Origin: Leptolyngbyaceae cyanobacterium
GTDB taxonomy: Bacteria > Cyanobacteriota > Cyanobacteriia > Phormidesmidales > Phormidesmidaceae
Reading direction: 5' to 3'
Length of the DNA stretch: 64,000 nt
NCBI GenBank assembly: GCA_965263355.1
Contig: CBDHHL010000032.1
Span: 1,856,001-1,920,000, forward strand
This document shows positions 30,009 through 40,381 of the stretch, piece by piece. The position numbers and the translations under genes were made by a program. Position 1 is the stretch's first letter; each line of letters starts with the position of its first letter. The notes below the pieces were generated by a model that was not told the DNA's origin, made no database searches, and saw only the letters and a list, made by a program, of their open reading frames with translations.

Positions 30009-30104
30009 CTAGACTCTAGCCAATGCTGCACTAAAATCATCGATATAGCCACGAAAAACTCGCCAACAGAGCCTTGATCGGCTAAAAAATAATTGATTCA
30101 CCAT
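30009..30104 (-). CDS. Candidate 31-aa leader ORF directly after the riboswitch
   Basis: GAGG-tacgg-ATG inside the expression-platform hairpin; MVNQLFFSRSRLCWRVFRGYIDDFSAALARV*. Confidence 0.4.
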   Translation of the reverse strand: MVNQLFFSRSRLCWRVFRGYIDDFSAALARV

Positions 30105-30129
30105 CCGTACCTCGCAGATATTTTTAGAT

Positions 30130-30268
30130 CATTGCATCGGCGGGCATTCTGACTGAGAGGTATAAACAAGATTCAGAGCCTCCTTCACAGCTGCGGGACA
30201 GTGGCAGACTTTCACTGCGCTTTCCCCATTGACTCTAGTGACTGCTCCCCACTAGAACCGATACAGTG
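30130..30268 (-). promoter_or_regulatory. Cobalamin riboswitch
   Basis: Minus strand reads CGGTTCTAGTGGGG...GGGGAAAG...GTGAAAGT...CTGTCCCGCAGCTGT...AGTCAGAATGCCCGCCG (B12 box), upstream of btuB. Confidence 0.95.
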
Positions 30269-30287
30269 GAAAAATCATATCACACTG

Positions 30288-30313
30288 TCTAAAGCTGAAA
30301 TCTAAAGCTGAAA
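30288..30313. repeat. 13-bp perfect tandem duplication
   Basis: TCTAAAGCTGAAA twice, immediately upstream of the riboswitch. Confidence 0.8.
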
Positions 30314-30329
30314 TATTCAAATTGAATAA

Positions 30330-30399
30330 ACTACGTCCAAGTTGGACCCTTTAGATTCTTCACCGGAAAAACGACCATCCTGGACGTGGACAGAATTTA
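30330..30399 (+). mobile_element. Short dispersed element, copy 1 (internally deleted)
   Basis: Shares both ends with the inverted copy at 32950-33112: 33/41 identity at the ACTACGTCCAAGTTG end, and CGACC-N6-GACGTGGACA-N3-TTTA at the other. Confidence 0.6.
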
Positions 30400-30449
30400 G
30401 ATGGAGCCTCTCAATTTGTAATCACCCAGCCACAGTAACTCTGGTCGCC

Positions 30450-31448
30450 ATGACAAAATCTATCCTAACAATTGAAGCAGTCTATTCAACATTAAGTACG
30501 TCTGAGCTGCTAGCCAAAGTAGTGTCGCAGTATGCAATGCCTACTACCCCCACCTACTGTGAGTTCTGGTATCGGGGCTTAAATGACACCTATAAATTAT
30601 CTTCAGCAAAAGAGAATTTCGTTTTGCGTGTCTATCGAAAAAATTGGCGGACGCTCTCAGCAATAACGTTTGAGTTAGAGGCCATTATGTACTTACATCG
30701 GGCAGGTGTTGCTGTTGCGATGCCCATGGAGAAAAAAGACGGTGGTTTTATTACGTCCATTATGGCTCCAGAAGGTGAAAGATATGTCATTATCACCGAA
30801 TTTGCTCGAGGAAATATTCTAAAATTTGAAGATGACAACGATGCTAGAATCTTTGGCAAAGCTGTTGCAGAAATTCATCATTTTTCCTCTGGATTTAAGT
30901 CCAGCTCTTCTCGTTACACATTAAATCTTCAACATCTTATTAATGAGCCACTAGTAAATATTAAACCTTATCTGTCTCACAGATCTGCAGACTGGGAATT
31001 TGTCAGTGAGTTTGCACGTACCCTTTCTAGCATTATAAATAGAGCAGACTCAGGTGAACTCGACTATGGCTTTTGTCATGGAGACGTTCATGGAGAAAAT
31101 GCCCATGAACATAATGGCAAAGTGACGCATTTTGATTTTGACTGCTGTGGGTTTGGTTGGCGAAGTTATGATTTGGCTACCTTTAAGTGGGTGAGCAGGT
31201 TGCTAGCAAGAGAAGATAAACTATGGCCCAGTTTTTTGGAAGGATACCGATCAAAGAGAAAGATTTCTGGTTTAGATTTAAGCCTGATCGAGCCTTTTGT
31301 GGCTATTCGAGATATTTGGTTTTTTGGGCTGAATACGGGTAACTCTCTAGCGCAAGGCTGGCTTAACGATGACTATTTTGACCTACACTTGAATTTGCTC
31401 AAACAATCATCTGAGATAATTAGTCTGGGAATATTTTGGATGAGTTAG
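30450..31448 (+). CDS. APH/homoserine kinase type II-like phosphotransferase
   Basis: GLNDTY, VLRVYR, CHGDVHGEN and FDFDCCGFGW..YDLA motifs; ATG at 30450. Confidence 0.85.
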   Translation: MTKSILTIEAVYSTLSTSELLAKVVSQYAMPTTPTYCEFWYRGLNDTYKLSSAKENFVLRVYRKNWRTLSAITFELEAIMYLHRAGVAVAMPMEKKDGGFITSIMAPEGERYVIITEFARGNILKFEDDNDARIFGKAVAEIHHFSSGFKSSSSRYTLNLQHLINEPLVNIKPYLSHRSADWEFVSEFARTLSSIINRADSGELDYGFCHGDVHGENAHEHNGKVTHFDFDCCGFGWRSYDLATFKWVSRLLAREDKLWPSFLEGYRSKRKISGLDLSLIEPFVAIRDIWFFGLNTGNSLAQGWLNDDYFDLHLNLLKQSSEIISLGIFWMS

Positions 31449-31563
31449 TAGGGGCAATTGTTGGCCTGACTGGACATCTTGACTAGCCTACGATGGTTAA
31501 CTGGCTTACCGGGTGCCTGCTGTAAATGCCTCTTAGCTGTAGTATTTCTAAATTTTAAAGCAC

Positions 31564-32856
31564 CTACCCAGAAATCTTGTCACCTGCTCTCAGGTATTTG
31601 TGAATCATGTTTAATAGCTCCTTAGCTTCTGGTGGCTTGACCAAAAACTCGGTAGCACCGGCCATACTAGCTCGGGCCCGATCCACTGGTTTACTTCGTC
31701 CCGTCAAGATAATGATAGGTGTATCCTTAAAGACTGGCGTATCGCGTAAAAATCGACAGATGTTATAGCCATCAGTATGGGGCAACATCACATCCAATAA
31801 GATCAGACTGGGCCTATGCTCAATCAGTTGCGCAAACCCCTGCATCGGTTCTTGAATAATTAACGTTCGATAGCCACCTGTCGCTAAGATTTTTTTCAGA
31901 CTATGGGCCAGGACTGGACTGTCATCAATGCAAGCAATCAGAGGCAGATGACTATTGTCACTCGATAGAACCGGCTCAGGTGTGGAGGATTTTTGGGGGA
32001 CTTGTGTTGTAGTTATCTGGGGTGGTGACGATTTAGCAGGCTTTGCAGAATTTGCAGAAATAGTTACAGGTGAAGCGGGTTTAAGATTTTGTGACCTTGC
32101 TGCTGTCGTTAAATGTGTTGGCACACCTGGTAAAGACTGGGGTGACAGCTGAATTTCTTCTAAGGGTAGATCAGGTATTATCTTTAATTCTAATATTTCA
32201 TTCCGGATAATGGGCAACAGAGATTTTGCCAGGTCTACAGGAGATTGCTCTAATGCTGTGGCAATATCCCAGATTGTATGCTTACCCGTTATATATTGAT
32301 GGGGCACTGATAGCCATTGGGGGGCTATCGGTTTTGTTAAAGTAGGTGCCAAAGTCGGTTTAATAACTGGCAATGCTGCTTTTTGCCAGTCCCTTTGCAT
32401 CTCCTTGATTTTGTGGATAATCATCTGGATTTCCCATGAAGAAAGGGCAATAGTCCGGCAGAAACGAGATATGGGTAATGGAGTTGGCTGCCATTCAGAT
32501 TTTAGGTAGGTACATTGACTCAACTCAAAGAAACATTCTTGAGTAAGTGCTCGCAGCATCACCTTAGCCCGTACTAAACTAAACTGCTGATATTTAAAGC
32601 CTTGATCCAGCAAATAGAGCTGCCAATGCTGGTGGCTTGATAGCTGAGCCGCTTTACTCTTTAAGTTGAACTTAGGAAAGTATTGATTAATGGCTCGGTT
32701 CCAACGGCGAACACTATGTAGTTCATCCACAGCCAAAATGAGCCGCCCCTGCACAAAGTGAAGAATCCAAATTACATCGTGGTCATTCAGAGTTAAATGC
32801 CCTTCAAACTGATTATTCGGTAGCTCTAACAGTTGGATCAGTTCTGTAATTTCCAT
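31564..32856 (-). CDS. PatA-family response regulator
   Basis: PATAN N-terminus (WILHFVQGRL, RRWNR, TIWDIA), Pro/Ser linker and receiver (CIDDSP, LLDVMLP, FLVKP). Confidence 0.88.
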   Translation of the reverse strand: MEITELIQLLELPNNQFEGHLTLNDHDVIWILHFVQGRLILAVDELHSVRRWNRAINQYFPKFNLKSKAAQLSSHQHWQLYLLDQGFKYQQFSLVRAKVMLRALTQECFFELSQCTYLKSEWQPTPLPISRFCRTIALSSWEIQMIIHKIKEMQRDWQKAALPVIKPTLAPTLTKPIAPQWLSVPHQYITGKHTIWDIATALEQSPVDLAKSLLPIIRNEILELKIIPDLPLEEIQLSPQSLPGVPTHLTTAARSQNLKPASPVTISANSAKPAKSSPPQITTTQVPQKSSTPEPVLSSDNSHLPLIACIDDSPVLAHSLKKILATGGYRTLIIQEPMQGFAQLIEHRPSLILLDVMLPHTDGYNICRFLRDTPVFKDTPIIILTGRSKPVDRARASMAGATEFLVKPPEAKELLNMIHKYLRAGDKISG

Positions 32857-32949
32857 CTACTGTAATCGTTCAAATAATTTTCTTCAGAAGATTTTTTATT
32901 TCCATAGGCACCAAACTTACCTATGGTTCCACCAGCAGCATGTATTAAA

Positions 32950-33112
32950 TAAACCTTGTCCACGTCTATAGCGGTCGCCGCTTGTTTTGAACATAAAAAA
33001 CCCTTATTCCAAGGGAGTTTCACCATTTCAAATATAGTCAAGACAACTGAGATCCGCTATAGAACTGAAGGTTTTCCGTAGAAGAGCCCATAGGTTTCAA
33101 CTTGGACGTAGT
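32950..33112 (-). mobile_element. Short dispersed element, copy 2
   Basis: See 30330-30399; also has an internal IR TCTATAGCGG / CCGCTATAGA. Confidence 0.6.
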
Positions 33113-33855
33113 GTATGTCAACCGAAACAGCGTTCCGGAAACCATAATTTATCTATGAAGGTGAGACTAGCACGCATGGACTAGCACAATAGGTTTGGAG
33201 AAATAGTGGTTATTTAACTCTTTAAATAAGGTAGATGACAATTAGACTGCCTCTGTTGTGCACAATCCCTGTCTTAAAAAAGACTCAGTAACAACTGAAT
33301 GGATCTACAATCAATTCAAAGTCTGCGGGATGTTATCAGGAAAGGTACTGAATTTTGTTCAAACTTGATTCAATTGATCTCCTATATGAAGACATCGTGA
33401 AACTAACACTTACTAAGCTTGAGTTTTTAAATCAAACATTGCCACTATAGAAGATACTTGGTCATTATTTTCAAGCTAATGGTCACAGGTTCTTATGTGA
33501 TTATGCTGTGTTTGGATTTTGATATCAAAGAATTTTGGCTGATTTTTTCTATTGTTTGTAACCTTTGTCCTATCTAGCACATCAAATCTACAAGGTTTAA
33601 GTAAGTAAAAAATATATTTGTAGTTATTTTGACACGGTGTATATCTATTAATATTTGTGCTCCCTATGGGGATGTCAATTACAAAATTTTAATCATGAGA
33701 CTAAACTGTATGGCTGGGACTGTTGAACTATTAAATTATCAAGGTATTCAGCTTTATCGTTAAAATCATCTATTCTTTTGCACATCTTTCTTAGCTTTAG
33801 TAACTAGTTTTTTCTGTTTATTCTTAATGAGCTTATTTCTCAAGGTTTAGCGAAT

Positions 33856-34950
33856 ATGTTTATCAAAATCTTGGATGACTTCAAAATCTTAGGTGATTTC
33901 AAAGGTCTTAAAGTTAGACACCAGTTTTTATTGTTAATTTTACTTAGCTCGACGATTCCTGCCTCAATTGTTGGGTTTTTAGGGACGATTTCTGCTAGTA
34001 AATCTTTGGCAAATAATACAACAGAGTTAGCATCGGTGAATGCATTTAAACGATCAGCAGCCTTATCGATGATTGCTTCTCTTGGTATTGTGCTTCCCAT
34101 CACCATTCTGCGTGGACGGCAGTTAATTAGAATGCTGGAGATACTAGCGGCTGATATTTCCATCTCTAGTCAGCAAATGACTTCCACAGTAGTTGAGCAG
34201 GAACGTATTGCCAGTCAGCAGGCGGCATCGGTGAATGAAACCACCACCACTATGGATGAGTTAGAAGCCTCATCTCGTCATGCCGCAGGACAAGCCAATG
34301 CAGCGGTGGATGCGGCAAAACATGCCTTTACAGCCTCTGAAGAGGGGGCCAAAGCCGTGGGTGAAACCTTGGAAGGGATGTTTGCCCTGGAAGAGAAGGT
34401 GGATGCGATCGCAGAAAAAATCGTCAACCTTAGCGCCCAGGCCAATCAAATTAGTAATGTATCGCAGCTGGTCATTGACTTTGCCAACCAGACCAATATG
34501 CTAGCCCTCAACTCTTCGGTTGAAGCCGTTCGAGCTGGCGAGCATGGTAAAGGCTTTGCCCTGGTTGCCAACGAGATTCGTAAATTAGCTGACCAAAGTC
34601 AACAGTCAGCTGACAAAATCAATAACTTGGTTTCTAGCATCCAAAAGTCTATCAACGAAACCGTTATGGTAGCGGAAGAAGGGACAAAAACAGTAAAAAC
34701 TGGGGTGCAAATCGCCAAGCAAACAGAAACCACCTTTAACGAAATCCAAGATTCAGTCAGTCAGGTAGTGCTGAACAACCAGCAAGTGTCACTCAACTTA
34801 AAACAGCAAGTAGATGCCATTCAACAGGTTGTCGATGCGATGGAAAATATCAATCGAGGCACTAGAGAAACAGCTTCCGGCTTGAGTCAGACAAAAGAAG
34901 GGTCAGAAAGACTCAATGAAGCCGCGCTTGGTCTTAAGAAAGTTGTGTAG
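33856..34950 (+). CDS. Methyl-accepting chemoreceptor with minimal extracytoplasmic loop
   Basis: Two TM helices about 20 aa apart; tip [23 protein letters not shown]. Confidence 0.92.
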   Translation: MFIKILDDFKILGDFKGLKVRHQFLLLILLSSTIPASIVGFLGTISASKSLANNTTELASVNAFKRSAALSMIASLGIVLPITILRGRQLIRMLEILAADISISSQQMTSTVVEQERIASQQAASVNETTTTMDELEASSRHAAGQANAAVDAAKHAFTASEEGAKAVGETLEGMFALEEKVDAIAEKIVNLSAQANQISNVSQLVIDFANQTNMLALNSSVEAVRAGEHGKGFALVANEIRKLADQSQQSADKINNLVSSIQKSINETVMVAEEGTKTVKTGVQIAKQTETTFNEIQDSVSQVVLNNQQVSLNLKQQVDAIQQVVDAMENINRGTRETASGLSQTKEGSERLNEAALGLKKVV

Positions 34951-34984
34951 TCCGATCGTAATTTTACCTTGATGCCTCCAACCC

Positions 34985-37900
34985 ATGATGATTCAAGATG
35001 AAGAACTTCGTCTTCTCTACCAAGAAACCAATACAGTCCGGTTACAAAAGATACAGATGGGCTTGCTCCAGCTGGAGCAAGAGCCCAACAATCAGACAAC
35101 CATTGAAGATGTTCGGCAAGAACTCCATGGACTCAAAGGTGATTCTAGCTGTCTTGGGTTAGACGCCATTGCCACAATTGCCCAAGAACTGGAAACTGTT
35201 GTTAAAACACTGCAGCTACAGCAGCTTAAGTTTACCCTGGAGGTAAGCGATTGCCTATATCAGGGTATCTATATGATTGAGCAATTGGCTAGCGAAAGCT
35301 TAACTGGTGAACTCAGTGGTCTTGATTATGAGCAGTCTCTGACTGCGCTAACAACGACAATTGCCTCCGTCATGGCTGCAGTTCAGTCGGAAGATGCCGC
35401 TATTCAACTGAGGTCTATTTACATCGAAGACGATGAACTGCGGGAAATATATCGCATTACCAGTTCAAGGCGATTATATACCTTAGAAACTAGCCTGAGT
35501 AAGCTAGAAAATGAAATTACCAATGCTGAAGTATTGGAAGTTCTGAGACGGGAGACCCATAGCCTCAAGGGCGACTCCAGGGTTGTTGGGCTAGAGTCTA
35601 TTGGCGACTTAATCCAGCTGTTAGAAAATGTTGTCAAAGCGATCCAACGTCAATCGATGTCATTTACGACTGACGTTAATGACTATCTGCAAGATGGATT
35701 CCAAACCATTGGCCAGCTTGTACATGCAGCAACGTCGGGAGACCCTATCAGCATTGATATCGACCAGACATTAGTAAAATTTACAGCCGCCACACCAGCT
35801 TTAGTCTCATTCCCAACAGCCTTGGATGACGAAACGATTGACCCAGGTGAGACGACTGTAGCAACCGTTGATCCGGTTAACGGTATCACCCGGATTTCTG
35901 ACGTTACGTTCAATGGGACTGATGGTAGGGCTGATGGGCATGGGGGCAATGTACCTGAAATAGCTGGTTTAATTGCTGATCATGAACTGCGGGAAATTTA
36001 TCAGATAACCAGTGTAGAACGGCTGGAGCGATTAGAGAATAATTTGCTGTATCTGGAAAAGCACCCCAATGATAATGGAGCCTTATCAACCCTACTGCGA
36101 GAAGCCCATAGTCTAAAAGGAGATGCCAGAAGTGCAGGCGTAGAGTCTGTCGAAACCTTGGCCCATGCCATGGAAGATATACTCAGTCAAATTCAGCGAC
36201 AGACACTGCCCCTTGATTCGGTAGTCAGCGATCGACTTTATGAAGGATTAGACGCGATTGGGGCCTATGTTCAGGAAGCCGTTACAGGTTTACCGGTTAA
36301 TCTAGATATCGATCAGCTGCTACAGGGATTACGAGACACCTTAACATCCGACGCCCTGCAGGAGGAGGACTCTCAATCGGCCCCTGCCGATTCATTGGCT
36401 GTTGTCGAAAACCAACCAGAGGCAGGTACTCAAGTTGAAACTGTGCGGGTGCATACCCGTGACCTAGATGCACTGATAAATCAAACTGAAGAGCTAGCGG
36501 TTACCCGGATTCAAATTGCTCAGGTGGCGTCTCAGAGTGAACAATTAATAACGTTGTGGGAAGAATGGCAGGCGAATAAAGACCAGCAGCAGGTGGCATC
36601 AATACCATCCTATGAAGAACGTTTGGAAGAGCTGATCTTAAGCCTCGGCCTAGCCGTCCAAAACAACAGTTCACGGTTGGAGAGCATTTCCGAAACGCTG
36701 AGAGATCGCATACGGCAGTTGCAACTATTGCCAATGTCCACACTATTTCAACCCCTGCGGCGGATAGTGCGCGATTTGGCCAAGGCACAATCTAAGGACA
36801 TCAACCTGGTGTTTGAGGGCGAAAACACCATGGCTGACAAACGTCTGTTGGATGGGATCAAGGATGCCATGTTGCACCTGGTGCGCAATGCCATTGACCA
36901 CGGTATTGAAACACCCGCAGAACGGGAAGCTATGGATAAACCGGCAGAGGCTAACCTATGTATAAAAACATATCAAACCGCCATTAGTCTCACCATTGAA
37001 ATTACAGATGATGGCAGGGGATTGGACCCTGAAAAAATCAAACAAACTGCCATTAAACGTAAACTCCATACCCAGGAAGAACTTGAGGCTATGCCCATTA
37101 GCCAGATTCAACGGTTGATTTTAACCCCTGGGTTTTCCACCCGCAGCTTTATTACTGAAATCTCTGGTAGGGGTGTGGGGTTGGATGTTGTTCGTAGTCA
37201 GGTAGAAAACCTAAAAGGGGCGATTCAAATTGAATCTACCCAGGGGCAGGGCTGTACATTCCGACTACAGCTTAGTACTGCCTTGAGTACGGCCAATGTG
37301 GTACTGGCAGAAACCGAGGGTATGACCTTTGCAATTCCAATCGAATTCTTAGAAACAACACTGCTTGTTTCTCCGGAACAGATTGTCGATCAGGAGGGCC
37401 AGGACACCATTGTTGCTTCAGGTAATCAAAGGATTCCTATTGTTGAGCTAACCAGTACTTTAGAGATTTCTAACTCACCGATTTACGATTGGGTTGCCCA
37501 ACCCAGCACCTATAGCGGCAGTGCTCGCCCTTGCCTCGTTTTGAAGGTGGGGAATGACCAAGCTGGATTTTTAGTGGATCGGTTACTCAATAATCAGGAA
37601 GTTGTTGTTAAACCCTTAGGCTCCCTACTAAAGCGGGTACGCAATGTAAGTAGTACTACCATCTTGAGCACCGGGGATGTGTGTATGATTCTCAATCCCC
37701 CGGATTTGCTTAAGTCCTTACAACAGCTGCCTATATCTGACCCATCAGCAAAACCGAAGGTAGCTTTACGCCATAAACCGATCATTTTGTTAGTTGAAGA
37801 TTCACCGCCGGTACGTATTCAGGAAAAGCGACTCTTTGAAAGCGCTGGTTACACCGTTGTTACTGCCACCGATGGTTTGGAAGGCTACAACATGCTCCAG

Positions 37901-38137
37901 ATGGGTGGATTTGATGCGGTGGTATCCGATGTTGAAATGCCTCATTTAGACGGCTTTTCCCTGGCCACCAAAATACGCCAGCAACAGGAGTATGAGGATC
38001 TGCCAATCATTTTGGTAACCACCTTGGATTCTGAAGCCGACCGCCAACGGGGGGCTAACGCTGGGGCCAATGCTTATATTCTTAAAGGTCGATTTAACCA
38101 GGATGCACTTTTAGAAACGTTAGAACGATTAATTTGA
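34985..38137 (+). CDS. cheA: Hybrid CheA with three Hpt domains and a C-terminal receiver
   Basis: LHGLKGDS, THSLKGDS and AHSLKGDA; HLVRNAIDHG; SGRGVGLDVV; SDVEMP. Confidence 0.93.
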   Translation: MMIQDEELRLLYQETNTVRLQKIQMGLLQLEQEPNNQTTIEDVRQELHGLKGDSSCLGLDAIATIAQELETVVKTLQLQQLKFTLEVSDCLYQGIYMIEQLASESLTGELSGLDYEQSLTALTTTIASVMAAVQSEDAAIQLRSIYIEDDELREIYRITSSRRLYTLETSLSKLENEITNAEVLEVLRRETHSLKGDSRVVGLESIGDLIQLLENVVKAIQRQSMSFTTDVNDYLQDGFQTIGQLVHAATSGDPISIDIDQTLVKFTAATPALVSFPTALDDETIDPGETTVATVDPVNGITRISDVTFNGTDGRADGHGGNVPEIAGLIADHELREIYQITSVERLERLENNLLYLEKHPNDNGALSTLLREAHSLKGDARSAGVESVETLAHAMEDILSQIQRQTLPLDSVVSDRLYEGLDAIGAYVQEAVTGLPVNLDIDQLLQGLRDTLTSDALQEEDSQSAPADSLAVVENQPEAGTQVETVRVHTRDLDALINQTEELAVTRIQIAQVASQSEQLITLWEEWQANKDQQQVASIPSYEERLEELILSLGLAVQNNSSRLESISETLRDRIRQLQLLPMSTLFQPLRRIVRDLAKAQSKDINLVFEGENTMADKRLLDGIKDAMLHLVRNAIDHGIETPAEREAMDKPAEANLCIKTYQTAISLTIEITDDGRGLDPEKIKQTAIKRKLHTQEELEAMPISQIQRLILTPGFSTRSFITEISGRGVGLDVVRSQVENLKGAIQIESTQGQGCTFRLQLSTALSTANVVLAETEGMTFAIPIEFLETTLLVSPEQIVDQEGQDTIVASGNQRIPIVELTSTLEISNSPIYDWVAQPSTYSGSARPCLVLKVGNDQAGFLVDRLLNNQEVVVKPLGSLLKRVRNVSSTTILSTGDVCMILNPPDLLKSLQQLPISDPSAKPKVALRHKPIILLVEDSPPVRIQEKRLFESAGYTVVTATDGLEGYNMLQMGGFDAVVSDVEMPHLDGFSLATKIRQQQEYEDLPIILVTTLDSEADRQRGANAGANAYILKGRFNQDALLETLERLI

Positions 38138-38163
38138 TTTTATTCAGCAAAAGATAACTGCGC

Positions 38164-39219
38164 ATGTCTATCCGTGTCCTATTGGTTGAAGATTCACCCA
38201 TTGCCATGATGATCTTGAAACGGATTTTAACCTCAGCCCCTGAGATTGAAATCGTAGGAACGGCACGTACTGGTCAGGAAGGACTTGATCTTATCCCCAG
38301 GATTCAACCTGATGTAATTTGTACGGACTTTTTCATGCCCCAGATGAATGGTCTGGAATTTACAGTCCATGTCATGGTTGATTATCCTTTACCCATATTG
38401 GTGGTCAGTGCCTCAGTTCAAGAGGATGATCCCTTACGAGTTTTTCAGCTGCTAGACGCTGGGGCTTTAGATATATTACCAAAGCCTAAAACGGGGTTAG
38501 ATCCTGACAATGTGTTACTTCAGCAAACGCTGATCAACAAAGTTAAGGTTCTATCTGGAGTTAAGGTTTTCAGAAAAAGGCGATCGCACCTAAAACATCT
38601 CCAACAGCCTGCCCCCTCCCAACTAAAACAACCTATCCTTAACCTGTGCAATCTCAAGATTATGGCTGTCGGCGCTTCAACTGGTGGGCCATTGGCCCTA
38701 CAACAATTATTTATGGGGCTACCCAAACCCTTCCCATTACCGATTGTCTGTGTTCAGCATATTAGCCAAGGATTTCTGCAAGGGCTGATTGACTGGTTAT
38801 CAACCACTTGTGGGGTTGATATTGAAATTGCTCAAGCAGGCGAACGACCACAGCCAGGTAAAATCTATTTTCCACCGGAGCGTCAACATCTCACCATTAA
38901 TAAACGGGGTCAATTTGTTCATACCCAGGCCCGACCCAACGATACCCACTGTCCTTCTGTAGACACATTATTTTTATCGGTTGCTAATTTTTATGGCCGT
39001 AAGTCCATTGGTATTTTGCTCTCGGGCATGGGTCGTGATGGAGCCGATGGGCTAAAAGCAATGGTTGATGCTGGCGGATCAACCATTGCCCAGGATGAAG
39101 AAACCTCAGTGGTATTTGGCATGCCAAAGGCCGCTATTGAACTTGGTGCAGCTAATCAAGTGTTACCCATGGCTGCGATCGCACCTGCCATTATCAAGCT
39201 AGTCAGCCATGTCAATTAA
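38164..39219 (+). CDS. cheB: Chemotaxis methylesterase CheB
   Basis: Receiver plus GASTGGP, VQHIS and LSGMGRDGA (S-H-D triad). Confidence 0.95.
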   Translation: MSIRVLLVEDSPIAMMILKRILTSAPEIEIVGTARTGQEGLDLIPRIQPDVICTDFFMPQMNGLEFTVHVMVDYPLPILVVSASVQEDDPLRVFQLLDAGALDILPKPKTGLDPDNVLLQQTLINKVKVLSGVKVFRKRRSHLKHLQQPAPSQLKQPILNLCNLKIMAVGASTGGPLALQQLFMGLPKPFPLPIVCVQHISQGFLQGLIDWLSTTCGVDIEIAQAGERPQPGKIYFPPERQHLTINKRGQFVHTQARPNDTHCPSVDTLFLSVANFYGRKSIGILLSGMGRDGADGLKAMVDAGGSTIAQDEETSVVFGMPKAAIELGAANQVLPMAAIAPAIIKLVSHVN

Positions 39220-39257
39220 CCAAATCACACCCTGATTGAACCTACAATAAAACAAAC

Positions 39258-40358
39258 GTGTCATCAATAAAGCCCCTTAGCCCACGCATAAAACAGGCGT
39301 TTACTCAGTTAATCGCCGAACGAATTGGTGTCACTCTCAGAAAAAATGATTATGCGAGTTTTCAAGATTTTATCTTAAACAGAATTAAAGCTTTAAAATT
39401 AAATTTACCCGAAGAATATTATCTGTTGCTCCATGCCAATACCTGTCAAAGTCATCAAGAATGGGAGCTACTTGTTTCAGACGTTACTAATACTGAGAGC
39501 TTCTTTTTTCGAGATAAGGGACAGTTCAAACTACTCAAAGATTACATTTTTCCAAGTATAATCGCTCACAAATCCCATCAGAAAAAACTTCAGATTTGTA
39601 GTGCTGGATGTTCAACGGGGGAGGAACCCTATTCCATTGCTATCTTGCTTAAAGATATTATTCCAGATCTCCAGGATTGGGCTATAAAAATTGTCGGAGT
39701 TGATGTTAATGCAGCTGCGATTCAGGTGGCTCAACAGGGTACTTATCGCAACTGGTCTTTTAGGGGAATAGACAAAGCCCTGCAACAACGTTTTTTCAAA
39801 GAAGACAACAATTATTATCATATTAATGCTGATATTAAAGCGATGGTCGACTTCCAGATCGGAAATTTGCTAGACGACTCATTGTTAGCTCCATTTGCCA
39901 AGCTTAAAGATATGGATTTGATCCTATGTCGAAATGTCTTTATTTATTTTAATAACTCAGCCATTGAAAAAGCCGTACATAAAATCTATGATGCCCTTTG
40001 TCCATCAGGATACTTGCTCGTTGGTCATACAGAGCTTTATGGCCAAAACTCAAACAAATTTCACATCAAAATGTTTGAAGAGTCCATTGCATACCAGCGA
40101 CCTGAAAGTGATTCAGTTCAACCTATATCTGAATTTTTGTCGATGCAGATGCCTTCTGCCTCACCTCACTTTATTGAAGCCAAATCCGATCAACAGGATT
40201 TGGGGGAATTGTTCAAAGGAAATGACATCAAAATGCATAAAACAGCCCTTAATTTGTTACGACAACTCCCCAGTGGCAGCAGAATACCTAAGCTCGGTAA
40301 TCGCACGGCTTCAGAGTTAATTGCACAGCTTGAAAAGAATCTTGAAGATACTGATTAG
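39258..40358 (+). CDS. cheR: Chemotaxis methyltransferase CheR
   Basis: TNTESFFFRD, SAGCSTGEEPYS, DLILCRNVFIYF and GYLLVGHTE motifs. Confidence 0.95.
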   Translation: MSSIKPLSPRIKQAFTQLIAERIGVTLRKNDYASFQDFILNRIKALKLNLPEEYYLLLHANTCQSHQEWELLVSDVTNTESFFFRDKGQFKLLKDYIFPSIIAHKSHQKKLQICSAGCSTGEEPYSIAILLKDIIPDLQDWAIKIVGVDVNAAAIQVAQQGTYRNWSFRGIDKALQQRFFKEDNNYYHINADIKAMVDFQIGNLLDDSLLAPFAKLKDMDLILCRNVFIYFNNSAIEKAVHKIYDALCPSGYLLVGHTELYGQNSNKFHIKMFEESIAYQRPESDSVQPISEFLSMQMPSASPHFIEAKSDQQDLGELFKGNDIKMHKTALNLLRQLPSGSRIPKLGNRTASELIAQLEKNLEDTD

Positions 40359-40381
40359 AGGAAACTGTTTAGAGAAACATT

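Noticed and set aside
30450..31448. Aminoglycoside resistance gene
   Set aside because: Motifs fit the broad homoserine kinase type II-like group; nothing supports antibiotic specificity.
30330..33112. Composite transposon carrying the phosphotransferase and patA
   Set aside because: Each repeat has both of its own ends, there is no transposase and no flanking duplication, so two independent small elements fit better.
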